Source: Acidobacteriota bacterium
Lineage (GTDB): Bacteria > Acidobacteriota > UBA890 > WLXD01
Reading direction: 5' to 3'
DNA: 64,000 nt
NCBI GenBank assembly: GCA_965248695.1
Contig: CBDFKD010000002.1
Coordinates: 1,408,001-1,472,000 of the forward strand
In this document: positions 1-9,600 of the stretch, piece after piece
Numbering within the stretch: the stretch's first letter is position 1
How the letters are laid out: every line of letters begins with the position of its first letter
Notes under the pieces: model-generated
Database searches by the model: none
Told to the model about the DNA's origin: nothing
What the model saw: only the letters and a program-made list of their open reading frames with translations
Translations under genes and position numbers: made by a program

Positions 1-1335
1 GGCGCCGATCTGATCATCGAGGTCGGTGATCTCGAGGCTGGCGCGCTCGTAGAGTTGAGCGGAGATCAGGTTGCCGATGGCGTACGTCGGAAAGTAGCCG
101 ATAAGCCCGGCCGACCAGTGGATGTCCTGTAGCACTCCGCTGGCGTCGTCAGGTGGGGTCAGCCCGAGATACTCGCGGCATTTCTCGTTCCAGGCTTCCG
201 GCAGATCAGATACCGCCAGGTCGCCGCTCATCAAGGCCGTCTCGAGGTCGAAGCGCAGCATGACGTGGAGGCTGTAGGTCACCTCGTCGGCTTCCACCCG
301 GATGAGCGACGGTTCCACCTTGTTGATGGCTCGATAGAACGGGTCCAGCGGGATGACGCCGAGCTGGGCCGGGAACGCGCTCTGAAGCCGTCGATAGTAG
401 TGCGACCAGAACGGTCGCGACCGGCCGACCAGGTTCTCCCACAGACGCGACTGCGACTCATGCACCCCGAGCGACGTGCCACTGGCCAGCAGCGTGCGCT
501 CCAGCGACGCGTCGACGCCCTGCTCGTACATGGCGTGGCCGGCCTCGTGCAGGGTTCCGAACAGGCACGGCGACAGGAAGTCTGATTGCACCCGCGTCGT
601 GATGCGCACGTCGTTGATCGAGAAGCTGGTGGAGAACGGGTGCGCCGACCGGTCTTGCCGCCCGCGCTCGAGGTCGAAGCCGAAATCACGCGCCACGCCC
701 AGACCGAAGTCCCACTGCAACTGCTCGTCAAAGTGCTGGTGTAGACAGCTATCGTCCGGAACGGGATTCTCGGCGATGGCCTGAACGATCGGCACGAGCT
801 CTTCGCGGAGCTCCGAGAAGACCGCCCTTACCTGCGACGTGCGCATCTCGGGCTCGTACTCGTCGAGCAGCGCATCGTAGGGCGTCTCTTCATAGCCCAG
901 CGCCTCGGCCTTGCGTCGTAGCAAATCAACGAGGCGTTCCAGGTGCGGCCGGAAACGGGCAAAATCCGATTCTTCCCGCGCCCCTTTCCACGCCTGCTGG
1001 GACACCGCCGTGCTCCGCGCCAGCTCCGCCACCAGCGACGCCGGCAGCCGCGTGGCCTTGTCGTAGTCGCGCCGTACGACACGGATCATCCGAGCCTGAT
1101 CGGAGTCAGGCTCGAGCGCGCCGGCAGTCTGTTCGAGCTCTTGAAGCAGCTGGCCGACCTCGTCGGACGTGAAGCGCTCATGCGCCAGCTGCCCGAGCGT
1201 CGCCAGCTGCTGCGCCCGCGCGTTGACGCCGCCGTTCGGCATGTACGTCTCCTGGTCCCAGGAGAGCACCGCCTGCGCGGCGTTGAGGTCGACGACTTGG
1301 CCGAGTAGATCGCGCAGCCGGTCGATCGCCGTCAT
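1..1335 (-). CDS. M32 family carboxypeptidase (Taq-type), 3' end runs off the window
   Basis: Not in the ORF track because it is open at the edge. Manual minus-strand translation from ATG 1335 (overlapping the upstream TGA) gives MTAIDRLRDLLGQVVDLNAAQAVLSWDQETYMP, with M32 motifs HPFS, HEAGHAMYEQG, HESQSRLWEN, QDIHW, GYFPTY. Confidence 0.93.
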   Translation of the reverse strand, partial: MTAIDRLRDLLGQVVDLNAAQAVLSWDQETYMPNGGVNARAQQLATLGQLAHERFTSDEVGQLLQELEQTAGALEPDSDQARMIRVVRRDYDKATRLPASLVAELARSTAVSQQAWKGAREESDFARFRPHLERLVDLLRRKAEALGYEETPYDALLDEYEPEMRTSQVRAVFSELREELVPIVQAIAENPVPDDSCLHQHFDEQLQWDFGLGVARDFGFDLERGRQDRSAHPFSTSFSINDVRITTRVQSDFLSPCLFGTLHEAGHAMYEQGVDASLERTLLASGTSLGVHESQSRLWENLVGRSRPFWSHYYRRLQSAFPAQLGVIPLDPFYRAINKVEPSLIRVEADEVTYSLHVMLRFDLETALMSGDLAVSDLPEAWNEKCREYLGLTPPDDASGVLQDIHWSAGLIGYFPTYAIGNLISAQLYERASLEITDLDDQIGA

Positions 1336-1730
1336 CAGGAGCCGAAGATCGGCCGTCCAATCGCCATGATGCCCAGAACGATCAGGCCGGCGGATACGAC
1401 AACACCCAGCAACGGGCCGACATTGCTCTGCTCGGCTTCCGGCTTGCGCTTGTTGGTCATCACGAAGCCGTGCGCCGCGAACACCGCCGCAAACATCACG
1501 AAGATGTGGCCCAGCAGCTGCGGATAGAAGGGCACCAGCATCATGTTGATCAGCCCTAGCAGAGTCTGGAGGTCCAAGAAGCCGGTGTACATCGCGCTGA
1601 GCATGCGTGACATCTTGCCGAACGGCCGACGCTGCATCACGGCTACCAGCAGATAGGCAACGGCGATGATCGCCGCCAGCAGCACCAAGTAACGAAGGCC
1701 AGAGTGAGCCATGAAGATAAAGCCACGCAT
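1335..1730 (-). CDS. small 4-TM membrane protein, hypothetical
   Basis: 131-aa ORF with four hydrophobic segments, HSGLRYLVL and DLQ motifs; its stop overlaps the carboxypeptidase start. Confidence 0.75.
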   Translation of the reverse strand: MRGFIFMAHSGLRYLVLLAAIIAVAYLLVAVMQRRPFGKMSRMLSAMYTGFLDLQTLLGLINMMLVPFYPQLLGHIFVMFAAVFAAHGFVMTNKRKPEAEQSNVGPLLGVVVSAGLIVLGIMAIGRPIFGS

Positions 1731-1763
1731 GTCTTGTCCTCGATTAGCGGAGACGCGGGGCCG

Positions 1764-3443
1764 CTAGGCTACCTGCGACTCGATCTGTTCCGGAAGGTGC
1801 AGCCGCCACCACTCGACGGCGTGACGCTGAGTCCATCGCGCCCCAGTGTCCGCTTCGGCCAGCAACTGCGCAAACTCCGCCATGCTCTGTGGGCGATCCT
1901 CGGGTGCTTTGTGGAGGCCGGCGAGGATCGCCTGATCGAGTGATGGCGAGATCTCCACCTCGCTCCGCTTCGACGGCGGTACCGGCTCTTCCTGGACGTG
2001 CTTAAGCACCATTTCCATCGCCGTCACACCCTCGAAGACCAGCGCGCCTGTGAGCAGCCAGTAGCCCACGGCCGCCAGTGCGTAGACGTCGGTGCGCTCA
2101 TCCGCAGCGCTGGCCCCGCGAGCCATTTCCGGCGGAAAGTACGCTGGGGTACCGGTAGCCACACCCTCCACCGTGAGGCTCGTGGCGGCGCCTTCCGAGT
2201 TGTCGAACGACTTCACCAGACCGAAGTCGAGCACTTTCAGCCAGTCGTATTCGTCGGCCAGCGCTCCGACATGCAGATTGGCGGGCTTGATGTCGCGGTG
2301 AACGAGCCCGCGGGCGTGCGCCTCCCCCAGTGACCGTGCCGCCTGGGCCAGCAGGTGTGCCGCCCGTGCCGGCGGCAGCGGGCCGAATCGCTCGACGAGC
2401 TGCTCGAGATCGAGGCCGCTCAGGAACTCCATCACGTAGAAGAACGTGCCGCCCTCGGTGACTCCGAAGTCGTACAGCTGCACCGTATTCGGCGAGCGCA
2501 GCGTTGCCGTGGCGCGCGCCTCGCGCGTGAACCGCGCCGTCACCATGCCGGGATCCACCTTGCCGCCCAGCATCTCGGGCCGAATGATCTTGATCGCCGC
2601 GGGTCGAGCCAACATCCGATGCTCGGCGCGCCAAACCTCGCCCATGCCGCCCTCGCCGAGCTTGCCCAGCAACCGGTACATACCGGCGTCACCGGCCTCT
2701 GCGGCGGCCTTGCGGTAGCCACTGATCACCCAGGTTCCGAAGACTGCCAGAAAGCCGCCGAGAACCATCATGAACAGGACGAAGCTTGCCTGCTCTGCCA
2801 TGTTGATTTCTGCAAACTGCCGCAGCTGCGGGTAGACGTAGAAGGGCGCTAGCTGGGCGGCAACGCCCACGCCGCTCACCGCGAGGACGTAGCCCAACGT
2901 CTGTGTCCACCGTGCCGGGATCAGGATGGCGTACAGCGCCATGAACAGCACGTAGATCCCGGGCATTCGATTCGCCTGCAAGGTGTAGTTGAGCAGGTTG
3001 CCGCCGCGGATATCGACACCCAGTAGCATCACCTGGTTGAGCGCCGTGGAAAGCACCATCGCACCCAGCAAGAAGGCTTCGAGGATGCGGAGACCGCCCT
3101 CCTGTAAACGCCAGCGACGCAATGAGAGCAACACTGAGACCGCCAGGACGACGTTGAACAGCGTCACCGGCACCCCGTTCGGGTCGTAGACCGCGAACCG
3201 CGCCGCGGCCAGCGCGGAGCCCACCAACACGATGATGGCTACGGCCACCAGCCTGGATTGCAGCAGCGATGCGGTCTGTGACTCCAGACGCTGCGTCGCA
3301 CCGGCGTTCAGACCACGCCGGGGGCAGAAAAGCAGGCCCTCTCGTGGCCCCGCAGCTACGCTCGCCCAATCCGGCGCGTTGTCCGAGCCAGATGCGCCGG
3401 GCTCCAGCACGGTTTCAACGCTATCAGGGGCGGCGCGACTCAT
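1764..3443 (-). CDS. membrane-anchored Hanks-type Ser/Thr protein kinase
   Basis: LGEGGMGEVW, AAIK, HRDIKPAN, DFGLVK, GTPAY motifs after several N-terminal TM helices. Start placed at ATG 3443 (ATGA overlap with the dipeptidase stop). Confidence 0.93.
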   Translation of the reverse strand: MSRAAPDSVETVLEPGASGSDNAPDWASVAAGPREGLLFCPRRGLNAGATQRLESQTASLLQSRLVAVAIIVLVGSALAAARFAVYDPNGVPVTLFNVVLAVSVLLSLRRWRLQEGGLRILEAFLLGAMVLSTALNQVMLLGVDIRGGNLLNYTLQANRMPGIYVLFMALYAILIPARWTQTLGYVLAVSGVGVAAQLAPFYVYPQLRQFAEINMAEQASFVLFMMVLGGFLAVFGTWVISGYRKAAAEAGDAGMYRLLGKLGEGGMGEVWRAEHRMLARPAAIKIIRPEMLGGKVDPGMVTARFTREARATATLRSPNTVQLYDFGVTEGGTFFYVMEFLSGLDLEQLVERFGPLPPARAAHLLAQAARSLGEAHARGLVHRDIKPANLHVGALADEYDWLKVLDFGLVKSFDNSEGAATSLTVEGVATGTPAYFPPEMARGASAADERTDVYALAAVGYWLLTGALVFEGVTAMEMVLKHVQEEPVPPSKRSEVEISPSLDQAILAGLHKAPEDRPQSMAEFAQLLAEADTGARWTQRHAVEWWRLHLPEQIESQVA

Positions 3444-4576
3444 TCTCCGGTTTGCAGACCCTGCGCCACGGCTTCGACCTCGCGCCACACACGCAGCAGA
3501 TTGCCGCCCCAGAGCGCCGCGATGTCCTCCTCGCTGTAGCCCCGGTGGACGAGCTCGAGCGTCACGTTGAACGTCTCGCTGGCATCGTTCCAGCCCACCA
3601 CTCCGCCGCCGCCGTCGAAATCGGAGCTGATGCCGACGTGCTCGAGACCGATCAGGTTGACGGCGTGATCGATGTGGTCGACGAAGTCGGCCACAGTGGC
3701 GGGCGCATCGCCCTCCGCGGTGGTCTTCACGAAGTCTCCGAGCGCCACCATCTGGATTACGCCGCCGTTGTCTCGTAGCGCCAACAGCTGCTCGTCATCC
3801 ATGTTGCGTGATACATCACACAGCGCGCTGCAGGCCGAGTGCGAGCCGATCACAGGAGCCTGCGACAGCTCCGCCGCTTCGAGCATTGCCGCTTTGGAGG
3901 CATGCGAAACGTCGATCATCATGCCGACGCGATTGACCTCGGCGATCACCTCGGCACCGTAGTCGCTGACGCCGCCATACAGCTCGGCCGGCTCGCCATC
4001 GCGGGGATTGGTGGAGTCGGCGATCTGATTGTGGCCGTCGTGCACCAGCCCGAAGTAGCCACCCCCGAGCTCCTTGAAGCGGGCGAGGTTCGCAAGATCC
4101 TCACCCACGGGGTAGCCGTTCTCGATGCCAATCGCCGCGGCCAGCTTGCCGGCACCAACGATGCGCTCGACGTCGTCGGGGCTGGCCGCGAGCTCGATGG
4201 TGTCCGGATGCATCTCCTCGGTCATTCGGCGGATCGCGGCGAACTTGCTCATTGCCTGCTCGTAGGCACCGGCGAACCCCTCGTTGTCGTTCTCCCCTTG
4301 TCCGACGAAGACGACGAAGAACGCCACGTCGAGGCCACCCTCGCGCATCTTCGGTAGGTCGACCTGGCGGTCGCCGCGAACGCCCGGATCCACCTCGGAG
4401 GTGGCGAAGTTCGCGGGTATGTCGTCGTGCGTGTCGATCGTGATGGCACGCTCGTGAATGCCTCGCGCGACGGCATCGAGATCGGCTTCGGTAACTTCCA
4501 CCGGCTCCGGGGTGGCGCACCCCACCGCGATCAAACAGAGCGCCCCGACAGGCACGCACCAGTGTTTCTTCAGCAT
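3440..4576 (-). CDS. membrane dipeptidase (M19 family), probable lipoprotein
   Basis: IDTHDD, VDLPKMREGG, GIENG, DVSH, SHS, SSDFDG motifs; lipobox-like AVGC. Confidence 0.93.
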   Translation of the reverse strand: MLKKHWCVPVGALCLIAVGCATPEPVEVTEADLDAVARGIHERAITIDTHDDIPANFATSEVDPGVRGDRQVDLPKMREGGLDVAFFVVFVGQGENDNEGFAGAYEQAMSKFAAIRRMTEEMHPDTIELAASPDDVERIVGAGKLAAAIGIENGYPVGEDLANLARFKELGGGYFGLVHDGHNQIADSTNPRDGEPAELYGGVSDYGAEVIAEVNRVGMMIDVSHASKAAMLEAAELSQAPVIGSHSACSALCDVSRNMDDEQLLALRDNGGVIQMVALGDFVKTTAEGDAPATVADFVDHIDHAVNLIGLEHVGISSDFDGGGGVVGWNDASETFNVTLELVHRGYSEEDIAALWGGNLLRVWREVEAVAQGLQTGE

Positions 4577-4613
4577 CTCCGAATCTCCATTCTCAGCGGC
4601 CCGCAGGCCTTCG

Positions 4614-5558
4614 TCACTCCATGATCGTCAGCGCCGACATCACCTCACGCTGCGACTCGCTCCCGAGCGGTCGATTCACCAGCAGACCGTCCACTACCAG
4701 CGTGGCCGACCCACCGCCATCGAGATTGAGCGCCTCGATACAGCCGACGTCCCGCATGAGCTCGGCCAGCTCGCGCAGGTCCACACCACGGCTCTCACGC
4801 TGGCGACCGTCCACCACCATGACGATGAGCTCCCCATCGGCGGTCACGCCGGCGGCCGAACGGGGATGCTCCTCGTCGCTGGCGGTGCCGAAAAAAACCT
4901 CTTCGTGGCTCGTGACCCGTATCTCGCCGGCGTGGACCAGCACGGGCCCACCGGCGACGGCGTCGCGGACTGGCCACTCGATCAAGGCGTCGACCTGTGG
5001 CTCCGCCGCCGGTGCGTCCGGCGCGTTCTGCGGTGGATCGGCTTGCTCGTAAAGAACTCCCTCGTGCCCGGTTACCCATGCAACATCGGCAGAACCGTCG
5101 AGCATCAGACCGAGCGCCGCCCTGGCGACGTAGTAGCGCCGTTCCTCGTAGATGACCGACGTCAACGGCGGCTGCAGCAAGGCACTATCGACGAGCAATA
5201 GGCCGATATGTTGCGGTGGGTCGGTGTCGGTACGGAAGAACCCCGCATTGACCACCACCCGCGCTGATGTTCTGTCGGCGAACTCAGAAGCCGTCTCGAC
5301 TCCGTCGTCGTCGGCGGACAGCGACACTCCAGCCAGCAGCTCGCCGCCCTCACGCCGAACCCGCACATACCAGGCGCGTAACGGGATGCTGGGGTCGGCG
5401 CCCGAATACACCCGAATCCGGTCCGGGAGCCCGCGGTTGAGCGACTCCACCGGCGCCCAGGCAATGCGCAGTTCGCCAGGGGCCGGCTCACAGGCGCTAA
5501 GCGCGACGCCTGCCGCGCACACAACAACCAGCAGGCACCGCCGGAGGGGCGTCGTCAC
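4614..5558 (-). CDS. phosphodiester glycosidase (NAGPA-like) family lipoprotein
   Basis: VNAGFF, HPRSAAG, VVDGRQ, ALNLDGGGSA motifs; LSAC lipobox. GTG 5558 overlaps the NUDIX stop. Confidence 0.88.
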   Translation of the reverse strand: MTTPLRRCLLVVVCAAGVALSACEPAPGELRIAWAPVESLNRGLPDRIRVYSGADPSIPLRAWYVRVRREGGELLAGVSLSADDDGVETASEFADRTSARVVVNAGFFRTDTDPPQHIGLLLVDSALLQPPLTSVIYEERRYYVARAALGLMLDGSADVAWVTGHEGVLYEQADPPQNAPDAPAAEPQVDALIEWPVRDAVAGGPVLVHAGEIRVTSHEEVFFGTASDEEHPRSAAGVTADGELIVMVVDGRQRESRGVDLRELAELMRDVGCIEALNLDGGGSATLVVDGLLVNRPLGSESQREVMSALTIME

Positions 5559-6127
5559 TTGGTCCCCTGCAAGCCGAGAAAATGGAACGCAGCGACGACC
5601 AGCGAATGGTGGATCAGGCCGCCGGCGATGAGCTCCGGGATCTGCGCCAGGGGTAGCAAGCGGATGCCGAACTCTTCGTGCAGCTCCGGGGTTGGAGCCT
5701 GGGTGACGCACGCGTCGCGCACCAGCACGGTATGGCAGCGGTTGTTGAAGATCGCCGGATTGGGCGTCACGCTGCCAATCAGGCACGCTTCACTGCCCGC
5801 GTAGCCGGTCTCCTCGACCAGCTCACGCACCCCGGCCGCCAGCGGCGCCTCCCCCGGATCGACCATGCCGCCCGGTATCTCGAGTGTGACCTCCGCGTTG
5901 CCGTGACGGAACTGTTCGATCGCTACCACCTCGCCGGCCATTGTCAAAGCGATCACATTCACCCAGTCGTCGGAATCGATGTAGACGAACTCACCGGGCT
6001 GTTGTGGGCGCGCCGGCGAAGTGCCTCGACGACGACGCAGGGTGAAGATCCTGGTCTCTGCGATCGTCGAGTCATCGTCGTGGCGCCATGCCGGCACCAT
6101 CGTGAGCAGCGGTGGATCAGCCCTCAA
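5555..6127 (-). CDS. NUDIX hydrolase (ADP-ribose pyrophosphatase-like)
   Basis: Nudix box GGMVDPGEAPLAAGVRELVEETGY. Start may instead be ATG 6100. Confidence 0.92.
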   Translation of the reverse strand: MRADPPLLTMVPAWRHDDDSTIAETRIFTLRRRRGTSPARPQQPGEFVYIDSDDWVNVIALTMAGEVVAIEQFRHGNAEVTLEIPGGMVDPGEAPLAAGVRELVEETGYAGSEACLIGSVTPNPAIFNNRCHTVLVRDACVTQAPTPELHEEFGIRLLPLAQIPELIAGGLIHHSLVVAAFHFLGLQGTK

Positions 6128-6659
6128 GCGCGACTCCCAAGCCGTCGGCGATGCGGTTTACATATGCGTAGTACGAGATTACCTCGACGATGCCGAGAAT
6201 GTCCGGGTCGCCGAAGCTCGCCTTGCGCAAGGCGACCACGTCGTGGTGCTCCATCTGTGCCGGGTGCATGGTGAGCTTCTCGGCAGAGCGCAGCATGGCG
6301 AGCCGACGATCGTCGAGATTAGCGGCCTCGTAGTTCGCCTCGATACGGCCCCCGAGCTCGTCGTCACGCAGCAGCCGGCGCAGACCACGCCGGTGGTGGG
6401 TGATTCAGTAGCCGCAGCCGTTCAGCTTCGACACCAGCAACGCGATCATCTCGCGATCGACCGTGCGCAGCCCCGGTGAGCCGCGCATCACAGCCGTGTA
6501 AAGGTCGAAGTGGGCGCTCAGCCCCGCTGGATGCAGCGAGTGCACCCGCATGATGTTGTCGAGCTCGCCGGTCAACGGGTCGAGCACGCGATCGTACAGC
6601 TCGGCAAGCTCCGGCGAGGCGTCTTCGTTGCTGCGGGTTTCGATCCAGGCCGATTCCAT
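6117..6659 (-). CDS. AhpD-like/peroxidase-related (CMD family) selenoprotein, 180 aa, Sec at codon 85 (UGA 6405-6407)
   Basis: The 84-aa ORF ends REMIALLVSKLNGCGY-TGA. The same frame continues ITHHRRGLRRLL...AEKLTMHP...YYAYVNRIADGLGVALEG to TGA 6117. This gives the AhpD CxxC-xxH motif as CxxU, and a SECIS-like hairpin follows the UGA. Confidence 0.88.
6375..6407 (-). promoter_or_regulatory. bacterial SECIS element
   Basis: UGA + 11 nt (AUCACCCACCA) + 7-bp stem CCGGCGU/GCGCCGG with a GGUCU loop; same 18-nt UGA-to-GGUCU spacing as the E. coli fdhF SECIS. Confidence 0.8.
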
Positions 6660-6691
6660 GCGTCAGACTCCGGAAACGAGGATTTGGCAGA

Positions 6692-9600
6692 ATGATACGC
6701 ATGTCTCGTCGCCGCCGCCGGTTGTTCATCGTCTGCGCGTTCGCGGCGGCAGCAGCGGTCAGCGGAATCGCTGCGCTGCACACGCCGTGGGCGCGAGCCC
6801 GCGTGCTGGCGGCCGCACTGTCCCGGATCGCCCCGGACGGCAGCGTCTCGGCTGAACGGCTCGACTACCGGCTGCCGACGTTGTGGTTCCGGTTGCAAGG
6901 GCTACAAGTTCGAACTTCGGGCCAGGAGCGCCCGTACTTCACCGCCGAGGAGCTCAGCATCGATCTGCCATGGAGCGCCGCCTGGCGCGGGCTGGCTTTC
7001 CAGCACATCGAGCTCAGACGGCCGCGCCTGGCGGTCTTCGTCGACGCCGACGGCCTCACCAACTTCGCCGGTGAAGCGACCCGCATCGACACGCCGATCC
7101 CCTTCGATCGATTGCAGGTTTCCGGCCTGCAGATCGAGTGGCGCGACGATACGGCTGGCTACGCGTTCGAGGCCGATGGTATCGACCTCGAGCTCGGCGA
7201 CCTGGCACGGGGCCGGCTGCAGATGCCCGCTCCCGCCCGCGTGCGCGTGGCCGACCGGCGGCTGGAGATTGCCCTCGCCGGTGGCGACCTCGATTGGGAC
7301 GGACGCGACCTCGGAATCGACGCGCTGCGGCTGGACAGCGCCGCGTCGGAACTGAACGTTGACGGTTCCATCAAACAGCTGCTGGCCGATCGAGAGCTCG
7401 GTCTCGACATCAGCGCCCGGACATCGCTGGGCATGCTGACCGACATTGCCGGCCTCGACGTCGCCGGGGAGTCGCTCTTGGTGACCGGCCGCCTGGAAGG
7501 TCCGGCGCAGACGCCGACGGCGAACCTGGAGCTGGAAATGGACTCGGCGATGTGGCGTGACATCGCGCTTCGGGGAATCCGCGGCCACATCAACGCCGAC
7601 CATGAGACGGTGCGGCTGAGCGCCCTGCGCGCCGGGCTCGCTGGCGGCGAGGTGATCGGCGAAGTCGAGGTAGGTCTTGAATCGGATGCCGCCAGCCGCC
7701 TCACGGCGGAATGGAAGGACATCGATGCCGGCACCCTTGTGGAGGGATACGGCGCCACGTCGATCGTTCCAGCCGCCCGGCTCGATGGCGAGTTGCGCGC
7801 ACAATGGCCCGGCCCGCGGCCCTCTCTGGCTGGGGTCCGCGCGGTGCTATCCACGGAGCTCACTCGCGTGCCGACAAGTTCGGACGGAATAGCGCTCGAC
7901 GGCCGCTTCGATGCCGAGCTTGCGGCCGGTGAGTGGTTTGCTCGCGGCCAGGTCGCTGTCGCGGCCGCTATGCGGATCAACACCGATCTGAGCGGCAACG
8001 CTACAGCTCGGACCGTCGGCGGAACCATGCGGCTCGACGTCAACGATCTGGGCGCCGCGGCGCGACCCTTCGCCGGCCTCGCGCCCGGCCTGGCCCAACT
8101 GGCCGTCACCGATGGGCGAGCAACGGCGCGCTTGACCCTCGGGGGAACGGTGACCGACCCGACGATCTCCGGCAACGCTCGCATCGAACAGCTCCGGGTG
8201 GCGGACGCCGGGCCAATGACACTCGAAACCGACCTAATAGCCAGCGCCGAATCGCTCCGGATCCACAACGCGACGGTCGAGTTCCCCGGCGGCAGTCTGG
8301 AGGCGGACCTGCAGATCGATGCGGCCGGCCGATTGCACGGTCGAGTCGAGGGTGGCGCGTCCGAGCTGAGCCTGGCTGTCGCCCAGCTGCCGATCGGAGA
8401 CCGGATAGCCGCGGCCGGCGGCGTCAGCGGCTCGGCAACCTGGGACCTGACCCTCGAAGGCACGCTGCCGTTGCCCGACATCACGGGTACCGTCAGCGCC
8501 GAAGGAATCCGAATCGGCAGTAGTGTCCCGATCGACGCCAGCGCCCGTCTCTCGTCCAGCGACTACGGCATCCGCGTCGACGAGTTGATCGCGACCTCCG
8601 GCGACAACCGGTTGACCCTCAGCGGAGTCATCGGCGCCGAAGGTCAGTCGGTGGATCTACTGGGCGAGCTCGATGTGCAGGCGCCCGAAGCTCTCACCGA
8701 CCGACCGGAGCTCGCATATCTCCGCTCGGCCCGGGCGGAGATCGCCATCGGTATCGACTTTCCAGCATCGATCGTGGTGGTCGATCTCTGGTCGCTGCAC
8801 GCCGACTTGCCACGCTTCCCGGTCCGCAGCTTGACGCCGGGTCGGCTGACCTGGAGTCCCGCCGAGGTGAGCGTCGAAGACTTCGCTCTGCGGGTCGGCG
8901 ACCTCGACCTGGCCGTTGGCGGGACGCTCGGCGGCACGGCGACGCAGGGAATCCACGGACGACTGCGCGGCGACCTCTCACGCCTCTCCGACCTGGCAAC
9001 GATGGCTTTGGTCATCGCAACTGACGTGCCCGACAGGCAGCCAGTGGTCCTGTCCGGAAACCTCGACGTCGATCTTCGCCTCGGCGGCACGCTGGCCGAG
9101 CCGCGACCCCGGGGCTCGCTCCGGGTTAGCGACGGCAACGTCGTTGTCGACGGAATGGGCGCTCTCGAGGCGCTGCAGCTGAACGCCGAGATGGACAGCG
9201 ACGGCCTCCGAATCGGCCAGCTACGGGGACGGTTCCGTGGCGGCGAGCTGGAGGGCGAGGCATCTTTGTCGGTGCAGGCGCTGGTGCCGGCGCTGTCTCT
9301 CGACAGCGCCTCTGCAGACATCGTGCTGGACTCCTTGTTTGTGCGCCGCGACGAGGTGACGGTGTCGCAGCAGCGGCCAACGCGCCTGCGCTTGGAAGCG
9401 GGAACCATGCGTATCGTTGACTGGTTCTGGTCAGGGTCGGCGCAAGACGACCTCAGCCTGGCGTTGGCGGGGTCGGTCGAGCTCCGGCACCCGCGGGTGC
9501 TCGACCTGCTGCTGACCTCGAATCTCGGGCTCGCGTGGCTGGGCTCGATGACCGGCGCCGCGGCGCTCGACGGAGCGGCCCACGCATCGGTAACGATCAC

